A stretch of DNA of 64,000 nucleotides from Lama guanicoe. Taxonomy: Eukaryota. The position numbers and the translations under genes were made by a program. The DNA is taken from assembly GCA_013239625.1 (NCBI GenBank), contig MU054098.1, positions 1,799,104 through 1,863,103 of the forward strand. Direction: 5' to 3'. Shown here in pieces: positions 27,139-38,889 of this stretch. The first letter of the stretch is position 1. Each line of letters begins with the position of its first letter. Under the pieces are notes generated by a model. The model ran no database searches and was not told the origin of the DNA. It saw only the letters and a program-made list of their open reading frames with translations.

Positions 27139-28149
27139 AGAAAGCATGACCAAAATTTTAAAAAGAACACGAAGGACTGGTTTTGATGGATGGCATATAA
27201 TAGGAAATTTAGTTTTAATCAATTGTAAATTTGATATTGGATAACATTGTGATGTGTCCACAAAAAGCAGCTAATCTGATTTTAGGTTGCATTAATAGAA
27301 CAAGGTAGGTGATAGCATGGACTATTCCGCCTGGGTTGCAGCACAGTGAGTACACATAGCATTCTAGGTGCTACCCTTTAAGAAGTATATGGGCAAGTAT
27401 ATTCAGAGGCACTTGACATGGGTGGTAAAGAAACATGAAATCAGTAAGATGCAGGCAACCATTGACTGAAATGGAAATGTTACACTGAAAGTAAAGAAGA
27501 TTCTGGTGGGGGAGAGACTTTGACAAATGTTAGTTGGTCCCAAACATTTGAAAAAAAGTGATGACTTATTTTATATGGCTGTAAGTCATAAATCTGGGAC
27601 CAAAGATGATAAAAAGATATTCTGGTTTAATATTAGCAAGCCCTCTCTAAAGAGTAGAAGCAATCCAAGGATGAAATGTGCTGCTGCAAGCAATATAAGG
27701 TGTTCATCACATCACTGAATCTGGTAAAGCAGAGGTTCCATTATTAATTGGCAACAATGCTACAGAGGGGACTCAAGCATAAGACAGAAGTTGGAAACTA
27801 GATGACTGTTCTACTTCCTTCTCATTCTAGGTACCAAGCAAGTTAGAGGACTATGAAGAATAATGCCCCAAAGTCATCTATGTGAATGCCACAACCAACC
27901 TACCCAGGAGTAATGAGAATCTAATAATAACTGTAGTTTAAAATACTACAGAAACGCTTTCTCTTCAATCCTATTAAGCTCCTTAGCTTAAGATTTTTTT
28001 TTACCCAAACATAGTATATTGGAAATGACCTTTTCTTTTAAACATGTAAAAATGTTCAGATATCTTCATAGCACAAACAGAAGAACTGTGTATGATAACA
28101 CCAGGGGAAAAAAACATACAGCAAAACAATGTCTAGGTTTTTTTTCCCC

Positions 28150-28488
28150 AAAAGGCAGGCTGCTGACAGTTTGATAGGTTTGGGGAGAAAGGGAGTGCAA
28201 GAATGAATTTAATCCTACCACAGCTGCAAGAGTTTTGTTAGGTAAAATTCTGATTACAAATTGCAAAACTGCTTCGTGTTTCATGTCTATGACAGGATTA
28301 TTTAAATATGTCACCCAGCAATAGCAAGCAGAGCCAATCAGTTGTGGACACTGCAGCAGTCTGGTGCATTTGCTGCTATGAGGACAGAACTCGCACAAAG
28401 TTGTTTTCTAAATGTCATCCACTTAATAAACAAAGACATCAAGCTTCACAAGGCATCCACCACTTCTGTAAACCCAGCAGGTCTCCAG
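28150..28488 (-). pseudogene. Candidate pseudo-exon
   Basis: Strong acceptor ccttccttctctccAG. Overlaps the 110-codon open frame 28066..28398. Donor not identified. Confidence 0.35.
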
Positions 28489-28579
28489 CTGGAGAGAAGG
28501 AAGGATTAGTCAGGATGCAAAAGGAAGAAGATAAGAAAGAAATGGAAGGAGAGGAAAAGATGAACATGGAGTGATTAGC

Positions 28580-29330
28580 TGCTAGTTCTATGCTCAGTGA
28601 TTTCACATTTACTATTAACTCTTCCCAATAAACTTGAAACAGAAATAATCATCCTCAAATTTAAAGGCAAAGCAGAATACTTAAAGCAGTTAAATAATTT
28701 GCCCAATTTGCAGGTACCAACTACTATATATAAAAGAGATAAACAACAAAGTCCTACTCTATAGCACAGGGAACTATATTCAACATCTTGTAGGAACCTA
28801 TAAAGAAAAAGAATATGAAAAAGAGTATTTTGAAGATATAATATTTAGTAATTTTCCCTGACTTTTAACCAGTTTCAGCATACAAAGCCCTTGCCCCTAC
28901 TTACTTCTTCAGATTCTTCTTTCACTCACCCCCTTCAAACTCTACAGGCCAGACAGACCGAATGCCTTGTGGGAATACAGACTGTGTCAGGCTATCTCAG
29001 CCTCCTTGTCTTTGTACATTGTTCTTTCTGATTTCTTCCTTCACCTACTGCCTAGCTCCTACTTTTCTTTCAAGAATAACTCGAGCCTAACCTTTCCAGA
29101 AAGCCATTCGTGTCCATCTCAAATAGATAATGGCCATTCCATAGTACCTTAAGAATTTTTATATCATCCTTTTTCAGGCTGTATTGTTTTTACTTATCCC
29201 TCTTTACACACTAGACTGCAGCCTCTCCAAAGCAAGAACCTGGACTTGTTTTCACATTGTATTTCTAACATCTAGAATAGTGCTTAGAATGTAGTAAGCA
29301 CTTAAAAGTACTGAAGGAATGAATGAATGA
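28580..29330. mobile_element. MIR fragment, short L1 3' end (~28710-28830) and L2 tail (~28890-29330)
   Basis: aaacaacaaagtcctactctatagcacagggaactatattcaa (L1); cactagactgcagcctc...gaatgaatgaatgaa (L2). Confidence 0.75.
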
Positions 29331-29481
29331 ACAAACAGCAACAACAACAACAAAATGAAAAATGAGGTAAGCAGGTCCAATGTAGTAATAGGTAGACAGA
29401 CTGAATGTGATCCCAAGTAAAAGACCTCCAATGAACAATTTCACAATAAATCAAGGAACATTCCATTAAATCAGGAGTCAC

Positions 29482-29835
29482 CATTTTCCCTTTGGTAAAA
29501 GAACAGCCATATCCTCCAACTAGATTTGGATGTTTTCCAAGATGTCCTTCTTTCTTAGTACCAAGGTTAGTTCACTTAATAAGGAGTGGTTCACTCCCTT
29601 TAGAGTCGGCATCCATACCTACCAGGCTCTGAGAAATTTAGAAGCAGAGATCCTGATAGCTACAACTTTGGTCCATCTCTCTATTGAGAGAGGCAGATAT
29701 AATTGCCTGTTTTCCCTCCAACAGTGAGCAGATGTTTGTTTGCTTTCTCTAATTTATGTGCCCTCTGCTCCATGGAAGCATTTGGATTGCCTTCTCTTGC
29801 TTCCAACTATTCTCCTAGCTTCTTTGCCTCTTGAT
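29482..29835 (-). pseudogene. Candidate linker pseudo-exon
   Basis: Pyrimidine tract ending tctGG (possibly a mutated AG). DQEAKKLGE*LEAREGNPNASMEQRAHKLEKANKHLL... Confidence 0.35.
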
Positions 29836-30009
29836 CCAGAGACAGAAAACAGAAAGGAACAAAGAAATAAGCCACATATATCATTTTTCAATTTTCTTGT
29901 GTGAAACCCTGTGACTGCCTCATTTCAATCAGAAGGAAATTAGTTCTATGCCCTTTGAAGTGAGCTGAGTCACTAATAATTTGAAAACAATGCAACTGTG
30001 GAGAGACAG

Positions 30010-30192
30010 AGTAGTGCCTAGAAAGGAATGCATGTAAGATGACCTGGGTTCTTTCTAGTCCTAGCTGTACCACTAGCCAACTATGTGACCTTGGACAAGC
30101 CACTTAACCTCACCAGGCTTCGGTTTCTTCATCTGTAAAATTAGGAGATCAGGCTACATGATCCCTGAAGCCCCTTTTTGCTCTTAAATTAT
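30010..30192 (+). mobile_element. MIR
   Basis: tgtgaccttggacaagccacttaacc...ggtttcttcatctgtaaaa. Confidence 0.85.
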
Positions 30193-32008
30193 GTCCTGAA
30201 CACACAAGCATGGATGTGAAGCGCTTTCACCATGGTACAGAATCCGACATTTTCAAGTACTACTGACACACTCTACAAAAAAACCTGAAGTCTGTTTCCA
30301 CTCTTCGATCGGTCTGTTTTTCTCGCTGAAGGCATGCCTGGTACATGCAATTCACATTCAGTATGATCTTTCTAGCCTGCCAAAAGGACACTGCTGGAGC
30401 CTGCGGCTACTCTGGTATCAATGCCTCAGGCTGGCTTCTGGAGACCCTAATTTCTTTGATAGATGCCACTGTGTTGATCCTCTGAGACAGGCCACATCCA
30501 TCATTCACCTGACCCCATGCCCACTTCCTAACTCACTTGACTGGGATTTTGTCAACACTGGGAAACCATGCATTATGGAGAAAGGGTGGGGAACTGGAAC
30601 TAAGGGTTTTCACAAGATGTAAGACTCCTAGTCTAAAACAACTAATGGATTAAAGGTAGTAGGAGGCAATGAATCATAAGTGAGGAATTTATAGTTATCA
30701 GTAGAGAGCAGTGGGCCAGAAACTAGGTAGACATGGAAATAAAAACCTGAAGAGCACGTATGCCAATTCTTAAGGAAAGAAAATGGAAAGCCAATGTCTG
30801 AGCAAGTGACAAAAACCTGACATGGTCAAATTCCAAAGGACAGGCTAGCTGGTAAAGCTCTGGGCCAGTGGTTTGGGCCTAAGAGATCCACCAGAATCAA
30901 AAGCATAGGACAAGGTGGATAGGAAACAGATATGAGTTTTTGGCTATCAAAGAGATCTCAATTCTGACCTAAGTAGATACTTGCTGCTAGAAAAAGAATT
31001 ATTCCAAAGCACACTCAGGCAAGTAGGCATGTGAAGCCATCTGACCAGTCAACTGGCAGTTAAAGGTAGAGACTGACTACCCACCTAGCTCATGGAAGGT
31101 TGTGGCACCCTGGTATTAGAAGTCAGTTTCACAATACAGCGAGCCTCAGACTAAAAGGACAGTATGACCACATTCCCAGGTAACTTTCAAGGGGTGATCT
31201 CATCAATTAACAGAAAAATAAGTATACCAGTCTCAAAGGCCAGATTCTCCTCAAAGTCTTCCCAAATTTGATGGGGAAAAAATCAACCCTCGTGAGAGAA
31301 CTTTGTCAAACATCAATGAGGGATCTGAGTAGGCAAGATAGGACTGAGCTGGAAGGACTGAGCCTAAGAGATAATAGCAACTCCCAGCCCAGGAATGACA
31401 ATCAGTTGGCCAATTTGCACCCACTTCTTACTCTCAGGTTTATGGCACACTTTGCTCCCTAATCTCAATACTCCTCCCAGATGAGTCTAGGAGTCCTTCT
31501 CAACACAAAGCTCTTACAGCCACTATTATTTGATAGATCAACGTTTGGTATATGGGATTTAAGTATATTTTCTATCTATCTTGCAATTAACAGTTAGAGC
31601 AATTATAGCCCCAGACTTCATGAAGCCTCAAAGGACTTTAACTGTGTTGACTTTACAACCTCAATCCTCAGTGTCACTCTATAGTCCACAGATGTTACTT
31701 GGGGCCCTGGGATTAAGGACAAAATCATCTTACTCCTGTAAGCCTGCTACATAGATTCACAGTGATTGACAGAGACTACCCAACCATGCTTCTGCCTAGC
31801 GTTTTGTGGTTAACCCCTCATGACCCGTAACAATGACCTTAAGGTAATGTAACACGCAGCCAGCACCACTGCACCAATGACCCAGGCACAGTGGCTAGAG
31901 TCTTAGGTTTTAATTTTGCAGGACCAGTCCACATGCCATTCATAATATTTTCCATTTTTCTAAAGTGATTCAATTTCCTGGGGAAATCATTCTTGACAAA
32001 GTTATTAC

Positions 32009-32729
32009 CTTCTTAGTAATTCTTCAGGTAAAATAGTTTCAGAGGCTATTTGCAATGGTACCTTTCCAACTGAATATATAAATCAGAAGGTTTGCCTCGC
32101 TTTAAAAGATTTCCTCCTAAATAAAACTCTTCCTTTGGAGAAGATTTGCTTCTGATCTCCTGGCCTCATTTACAAGCAATGTAAATGGACTAGAATATAT
32201 TCCCTTTCTCATTTGAGGATTCTTGAACAAATGAAAACAGCTTGTTAAATAGAGCAGTGATAAAGCCATTTTGCATGACTGCTCTGAAGAAAATCCATTA
32301 GTGATAAAGCAGTCTTATGTTTTCTGATAAGTTTAAGGCACAAGAAGAATCTATTCTTCCTACCTTTAATTTAGATGAAATCTGATAATATTTTTTTTAG
32401 TTTAAAACTAAGCCAAAAGCAGACAGCTTCTCAGAAAGATAGATTTTTTTTAATCTAGGGAAAAAAAGATTAAGAATTTTGGTATTTGAAAGCAAGTTTT
32501 AAGGAGAAATAATTTTATTAAGAACTATTTGCATCTATAAATGTAAGCAGTTTTACTTTAGGGAAATGAAACTGCTGCTTCAAAGAATAAGAGTGTGTTT
32601 CATTTTGTTGTTTTGCTTTAAGCCCTACTACTTATCAAATATATCCTGAGTGCTACAAGACTATCTTCAAGATTTAATGGTCCTTACAGATTTAACTCTG
32701 TACTTGCTTGAGTATGATTCAAATATTTT
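32009..32729 (-). pseudogene. Two candidate linker pseudo-exons (~32557-32729 and 32009-32454)
   Basis: Acceptors cttgcttAG and tttttttccctAG, donors GTAAAA and aag|GTAATA. No diagnostic motif. Confidence 0.3.
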
Positions 32730-32880
32730 CTAAGCAAGTGTATCAAACATTAACTGAAGCCTATTCAGTTATAAAAGAATTTATATGTTGTTTTAAATTT
32801 CTAGAGTGACTGTAACAAAAATTTAAAAAATACCATCTGACAATCAAGAACTTACATAAATTTTTAAATTAAGACTTTAT

Positions 32881-34580
32881 GCAGGAGTTTACTTCTGGGT
32901 TTTCTATTCTGTTCCATTGGTCTATGTGTCTAGTTTTATGCCAGTGCCATACTGTATTGATTAATATAGCTTTGTAGTATAGTTTGAAATAAGGATGTGT
33001 GATGCCTCCAGCTTTGTTCTTATTTTTCAGGTTTGCTTTGGCTATTCTGGGTCTTTTGTGGTTCCACACACATTTTAGAATTGCTTTCTCTTTCTGTGAA
33101 AAAATGCCATTGAATCTTGACAGAAATTGCATTGAATCTATAGATTCAGTTAAGTAATATTTGACAAGGGAGCCTAGAATACTCAATGGGAAAAGGATAA
33201 TCTCTTCAATAATAGTGTTGGAAAAACTGGCTAATCACATGTAAAAGAATTAAGTGGGACCTGTATCCTATGCCTCTCACAAAAAATTAACTCAAAATGG
33301 ATTACAAACTTAAACACCCAATATTAAAACATAAAACTCCTAGAAGAAAACAAAAAGAAAAAGCTCCTTGGCATTGATCTTGGCAATGATTTTTTTTTAT
33401 ATGACACCAAAAGCACAAGCAACAAAAGCAAAACAAACAAATGAGAGAGTATCAAACAGAAAATTTTCTGCAGAGCAAAAGAAACAATCAGCAAAATGAA
33501 AATGTAACTTACACAATGAGTGAAAATATTTGCAAATTATTTATCTGAAATGGATTTTATATACAAAATATATATAAAACTCATACAATTCAATAACAAA
33601 AAATCCAATTAAAATATGGGCAGAGGAACTGAATAGATCTTTCTCCAAAGAAGACCTACAAATGCCCAACAAGAAAACATTTTCAATGTCACTAATTGCT
33701 AGGGAAATGCAAATCAAGTCCAAAATGAGATATCACCTGACACCCATTAAAGTGGCTATCACCTAGAAGACTAAAGATACCAAGTATTGGTAATGATGTG
33801 GAGAAAAGGAAACCGCTGTACATTGTTGATGTGAATTTAAATTTGTACAGCCACTATGGAAAACAGTATGGAGATTCCTCTAAAAGCTAAAAATAGAATG
33901 ACCAACAATTCCACTTCTGGGTATATATCCAAAGAAAATGGAAATAGGGTGTCTAAAAATACCAGCATACTCATTTTTTTGCAGCATTATTCACAATAAC
34001 CAAGATATAGAAACAACCTAAGTGCTTGGCAGTGAATGAAAGGATAAAAAGAGATGTGAAATGTATTCCACAAAAATGGAATATTATTCAGTCACGAGAA
34101 AGAAGGAAATCTCACCATTTGTAATAACATGGATGGACCTTGAGGATACTATGCTAGGTGTGATAGTGAGAAAGAAAAAGAGAAATACTGTATGATCTCA
34201 TTTGTATGTGTAATCTTAAAAAGCCAAAATCATAGAAACAGAGAGTAGAATAGAGGTTATCAGGGACTGAAAGTGGGGGGTTGGGGAGATGTTGGTCAAA
34301 GAGTACAAGCTTGCAGTTAGATGATGGATAAGTTCTGGAGATCTAATGCACAGCATTGCGATTATGGTCAGTAATATGGCATTAAAAACTTCAAAGTTGT
34401 TAACAGACTAGATCTTAAATGCTCTAACCACAAAATGAAATAATAATTATGTGACCAATGGAGGTATTGGCTAACACTAAGGTGGTAATCATATTGCAAT
34501 ATATAAATGTGTCAAATCAACACTTTGTACACCTCAAACTTACACAGTGTTATATGGCAATTGTATCTCAATTTAAAAAA
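32881..34580 (+). mobile_element. L1 with 5' inversion (32881-33146 inverted; 33147-34580 sense)
   Basis: The inverted piece ends ...[11 protein letters not shown] and the sense piece starts ..VIFDKGA, which are contiguous in ORF2. TSD-like aagactttat / aatactttat. Confidence 0.9.
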
Positions 34581-34583
34581 AAT

Positions 34584-35243
34584 ACTTTATTGTTTCAAAG
34601 TACTTTTAGGTTCACAGCAAAACTGAGAGGAAGGCACACAAAAAAAGATTATCCTTGTACTCCCTGCCCCTTCACATGCATAGCATCCTCCAATAACATC
34701 ACTCCCTCACCAGAGTGGTACATTTGTTACAACTGATGAACCTACACTGACACATCCTTATCACTCAAAGTCCATATACATTAGGGTTCACTCTTGGTGC
34801 TATATAATCTATGAGTTTGGACAAATGTATAATGACATCTTTCCGTCATTATGGTATCATACCTAGTATTTTCACTGCCCTAAATCACCTAAAAATCGCC
34901 ATTGCTCATCCCTCTTCCCCATCTCCCAACCTCTGGCAACTACTGATCTTTCAACTGTCTCTGTAGTTTTGCCTTTTCCAGAATGCCATATACTTGGAAT
35001 CGTATAGAGTGTAACCTTTTCAGATTGGCTTCTTTCATTTAGTAATAATCCTTCATGTCTTTTCATGGCTTGAAAGCTCATTTCTTTGTAGCACTGAATA
35101 ATATTGTCAGGGTCTGTATGTACCACAGCTTATTTATCCATTCACCTACTGAAGGTCATCTTGGTTGCTTTTAAGTTTTAGCAATTATGAATAAAGCTGA
35201 TATAAACGTCCACGTGCATGTTTCTGTGTGGACATAAATTTAC
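34584..35243 (-). mobile_element. L1MC-like 3' end
   Basis: tacttttaggttcacagcaaaactgag...ctctggcaactactgatcttt. Confidence 0.88.
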
Positions 35244-35972
35244 AGAACTTCCATATTTTAAAAATGGAAAATAGTTGAAAGACTGTATTATTTAACATAC
35301 AAATATTTGGAATACATCAGTTGCATTGCTATTATATGCTTATTGCAACAGTTAAATTTTAAAGTGTCACAACTTAGACTTTTCCAAGTTAAATGCCTCA
35401 ACTAAGCTTTCTATTCCAAAAATAAAAGAGTTGAGGTTTTATAGATTTAGATGTCTAGGAATCTCAGCTATTCAACGGAAATAAGAATCCCCAAATAAGA
35501 GAAATTATGAAAATAGCTAAGAAGTAAAAGTGCAGTTTATGGGTCATATTAATGCTTTCACTGGCCAGAGAAAAGGAGTAAAATTTTACACAACACACTC
35601 CCCACCTTGCCCAGGGAAAAGGGACAGGTGATGGATTAGCTTAGATAGCAAAATCCTGTCTCATTTCAGCAAAACAGAGAAGAATAGGAAAGGAGGAAAG
35701 AGATCAGTGAAAACCAATGGAAAGAGAGAAAAGCAGAAGGGAAAGATGATCCGTGTTATAAAAAACAAGAACAGTCAGCAGCAGACCTCTGACATCTGTG
35801 ATCAGAGAGCAGATCATAAGGAATGGGACAAGAAGCACGTACTAGTGGTCCGGGGACTTACCGCCAAAGGGCAAGCTAAGCTCTCACTAACAATTGAGAG
35901 AATCACTGAGTTGGGACGGAAGGAAGAAAAGAAGGAAGGAAGGAAGGGAGGTAAATCACTATAGGTTTATAC

Positions 35973-36164
35973 CATACTCTAAACCTTAATAGTTTCCATA
36001 GGTTTAGTTTCCAAAGTAAAAGAGTTGACATTTATAAAAACGTTGAACCATTCATATTCAAGGAAACTTTATAAAGGCAGAGAAGCTTACAATATATTTT
36101 ACTAAGATTTCCACTATAAATGAATTTTTTTAAAAAAATGCTTGAGGGACAGCTCTTCAGTTCT
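35973..36164 (-). pseudogene. Candidate pseudo-exon
   Basis: Poly-T cAG acceptor and atg|GTATAA donor. RTEELSLKHFF..(fs)IVEILVKYIVSF. Confidence 0.35.
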
Positions 36165-36195
36165 CTGAAAAAAAAAACACAAACTCAAGATACTT

Positions 36196-36376
36196 TTTTT
36201 TTTGAGTAAAGGTAGATTTATTTCGAGAGATACATACTGCATAGGGTATAAGGCAAGAGAAAGGCAAGGAAAGAGGTGTGGGGGTTGGGTGCTCAGGTTA
36301 AAGTAAAAGTAGGTACACACTCCATAGACAGAACGTGGGCCATCTCCAAAGAAGAGGGAGTGAAAAAGGGCCATAG
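36196..36376 (-). mobile_element. Short polyadenylated LTR-like retroposon
   Basis: AATAAA (36217-36222, minus strand) about 14 nt before poly(A). TSD actcaagatactt (36183-36195) / actcaagacactt (36377-36389). Confidence 0.85.
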
Positions 36377-36519
36377 ACTCAAGACACTTAACACTCAGAT
36401 CATGTAAGACAACTGAATAATTATTCTACATAGAAAATCCCCAAATTGTCGAATATTCTTTGAAGTAATGTTGATGGGTGAATATGGAAGGCACTTTGGG
36501 GAGTTATCGACTGACATAT

Positions 36520-36810
36520 TAGAGACAGTACACCAAAGTGTTTAAGCATGAGAGTTCTGGAGCCAGACTGTCTGGGTCAGACTCTGGCTCTGCCACTCAC
36601 TCAGCTCTTCTTTGGTGACTTCATATTAAGTAACAAGAAAAGTGTTTAAATTGCTCTGTGCCTCGGTTTCTTCACCTGTAAAATGCAGACAACAAATATT
36701 ACCTACTTCATAGAGTGGCTGAAGGAATTAAATGAGATGAGACAGAAAAAGGATGAGCACAGTGCCCAGCACATAGTAAACACTCAATAAATGTTAGCAA
36801 TTATTATCAT
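36520..36810 (+). mobile_element. MIR, near full length
   Basis: tctggagccagactgtctggg...ctgtgcctcggtttcttcacctgtaaaatg...cactcaataaatgttagc. Confidence 0.9.
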
Positions 36811-36941
36811 AACATACATCATTTGGGCATATCAAATAATCTGCCCACCTTTAATTTCTCCTGATACCAATTCCTGCTACCTGCTACCATCATACCAATT
36901 ACCTTAAAAACTAATCTGCTAAAAAAAAAGTTTGATGACTC

Positions 36942-37082
36942 TAGATATCTTCCCTGGGCAGGGAGAAGTCTCCTAGTGTCCTCTTTGGTTAAGACAGAAG
37001 ACTCAAGAAAACGAGTGGGGCTGTCCTATCCTCTGCTCTGGAAGACACAGTCTTCCCCATGTCTCCTCAAGTTAAAAAAACT
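36942..37082 (+). mobile_element. Unidentified 141-bp retroposed insert
   Basis: Perfect 15-bp direct repeat aaagtttgatgactc (36927-36941 / 37083-37097), with a short A run before the second copy. Confidence 0.65.
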
Positions 37083-37322
37083 AAAGTTTGATGACTCCCT
37101 TTTGTGTAACAAATAGGTCTAAATTTCTTGTCTTGAAATTTAGGACAATTAATGTCTTCTTCCTATAAGTTGGTATCTTCCTCCAATAATTAATACTAAT
37201 TATGTACTAGTATTATCATACCCATTTTATAGACTAGGAAGCTGAGACTTACTTAGTTAAGAAAAATATTGCCCTGTGAAAGTATTCCATCTTTATTTCT
37301 GGCTTAGCAACCTGTAATAAAC

Positions 37323-37945
37323 CTCAAAGTTAAATGTAGCCAGTAACTCTGTTTTTGTCCGCAGATACTACTGCTTCTTCTCAGTCTACAGTAACTTCAA
37401 GCCCTGGGGATGAACGTGGAAAAAAAAAAAGGCTACAGTAGAGACCCAAGTCTGTATTTTCCATTATCTCTATGTTCTTGGTGGGAAGGGGGAAAGACTT
37501 TTCAAATCCTTCATAACCAGCTTCATGCTTCTATAGATTTAATAAGATAAAGGAGGAGAACTATTTGAGATAAAGAGAGAGCACATGGAGAAGAAGTGGA
37601 AAGGGAGACAAAATAAAAACAAAAAGAAAAAGGAGGAAGGAGAAAGGGATGGGCCAAAGATACTACAATCCCTGTCTGATATACATTTTCTCTTGTTTTT
37701 CTGTGAAGAAATAGGCAAAATCGATACAAGTATGGACCCATAACATATCCTTCACAAGAGGGCACTGGTACACAGGATGACAGGATGCATATGAATGAAT
37801 GTACCTCAGAGTAACAGAAAAAAGGTAATCCCTTCCCTGCTTGGTGCCTGCTATTGAGCAATTCTCTTTATGCTCCAGGGCACTTGGAGAGTAAAAAGCT
37901 TCATCTATCACTATATCGAGATGAAGACCAGGCCTTTTTAGCCCC
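37323..37945 (-). pseudogene. Two pseudo-exons (~37805-37945 and 37323-37530)
   Basis: GLKRPGLHLDIVIDEAFYSP (ORF 37663..37974), donor ag|GTACAT. A very long pyrimidine tract plus AG at 37531-37532 gives the in-phase continuation RSMKLVMKDLKSL. Confidence 0.45.
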
Positions 37946-37980
37946 AAATAGAAAATAAAACAAAAAAAAATCATAAATAC

Positions 37981-38300
37981 TGCCTTGCCAAAGAAAACTG
38001 GCCACCATAAACTGTTATGTGAAATAGCTGATATTTTGGAACAATTTTACAAAACCCTTTCCTTTATCTCTATTTTTTTCTATTAGACAAAAGCTTCTCA
38101 GACACCTAACCAAACCCACAAAATCTGTACTCACTGCTAGACTTATTTGAGGCCCTTTCTGAGCATTTTAACATAAATCAATTCAATAGGCCTATAAAAG
38201 AAATAGGAGTGGTTGTTTTCTTAGCTCTGTTTCTTCCTCAGACTCGAAGGCCCCTGGAGAGGCCATCAATCAGGTTTGAGTGAGATACTAAACTGGAAAT
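37981..38300 (-). pseudogene. Pseudo-exon, RGS22-like N-terminal domain
   Basis: One frame reads GAFESEEETELRKQPLLFLL*...AQKG...RSFCLIEKNRDKGKGFVKLFQNISYFT*QFMVASFLWQ vs recalled RGS22 GVFE...LEKQLKKIL...VRKG...CLSREEG...FEYRLAKLVSQ. Confidence 0.58.
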
Positions 38301-38329
38301 CAACTGGGATGAGAAACAAACACCACACC

Positions 38330-38647
38330 TAAATTGGGAAATTCTCAAAAACATAATTCTTCCCATGAAACTGCAAGTTATCCTAATAGAAAGGAGGGAA
38401 GTTTGTGGTGCCTAAGTGAACCAATACATCCCAAAAGTAGCTTTCTGATGAATTATTTTAGAAGGATATTTTTCAAATGGGGAGACGGGGAGGCCACTAT
38501 AGAATACTTCTATATTTGAAGCATAAACAGCATTCTATAAAGTGTAGTTTTCTCTCTTAAGTACCGTCTGGTTGCAGATTTCTAGTTAGTAATATGTATC
38601 CAGGAATTCACTAAGCAAAGAAAAGGGTAATGTTTGTCTCATCTAAA
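38330..38647 (-). pseudogene. Pseudo-exons at the junction of the RGSL1-like and RGS22-like halves
   Basis: Acceptor cattatttctAG. EKYPSKIIHQKATFGMYWFT*AP (RGSL1 C-terminus-like KYP...G..W) is followed in another frame by LAVSWEELCF*EFPNL (RGS22 N-terminus-like YFNEFLSL). Confidence 0.35.
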
Positions 38648-38659
38648 CTAGAAATAATG

Positions 38660-38885
38660 AGGAACAATGTATATAGCATTTAACAATTTGCATAGTACTT
38701 TTATTTCTATTATTTAATTTTATCCACATGAGAAGCCTTAAGGAAGAAATTATTAATTTCTACATTTATAGAAGAGAAAATGGAAGGTTAAAAAAAATGA
38801 CCTGAGTCACAGTGCTAATAGGTGGTGGCCCAGGGACCAGAAGCCATGGCTTCTTACTCCAAAGCTCATGCTTCATACTCTTTAC
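38660..38885 (-). mobile_element. MIR
   Basis: atatagcattt...catttatagaagagaaaatgg...gagtcacagtgctaataggtgg. Confidence 0.75.
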
Positions 38886-38889
38886 TGAC

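Larger units (their letters stand above)
23000..27830 (+). mobile_element. Fragmented CR1/L3 LINE, interrupted by MIR, L2, hAT, MLT, microsatellite and L1 insertions
   Basis: CR1 ORF2-like pieces at ~24020-24370, 25090-25320 (aaggcatttaacaaagtt), 25840-25967 (ttcaacaattttatcaattatttagatgaag) and 27154-27830 (aaagcagctaatctgattttaggttgcattaataga). Confidence 0.65.

Noticed and set aside
30274..30376. Minus-strand AG...GT unit open in two frames
   Set aside because: Short, weak donor and no diagnostic motif; it could be chance.
35707..35964. Lys-rich plus-strand ORF
   Set aside because: Purine-rich low-complexity sequence with no splice or homology support.
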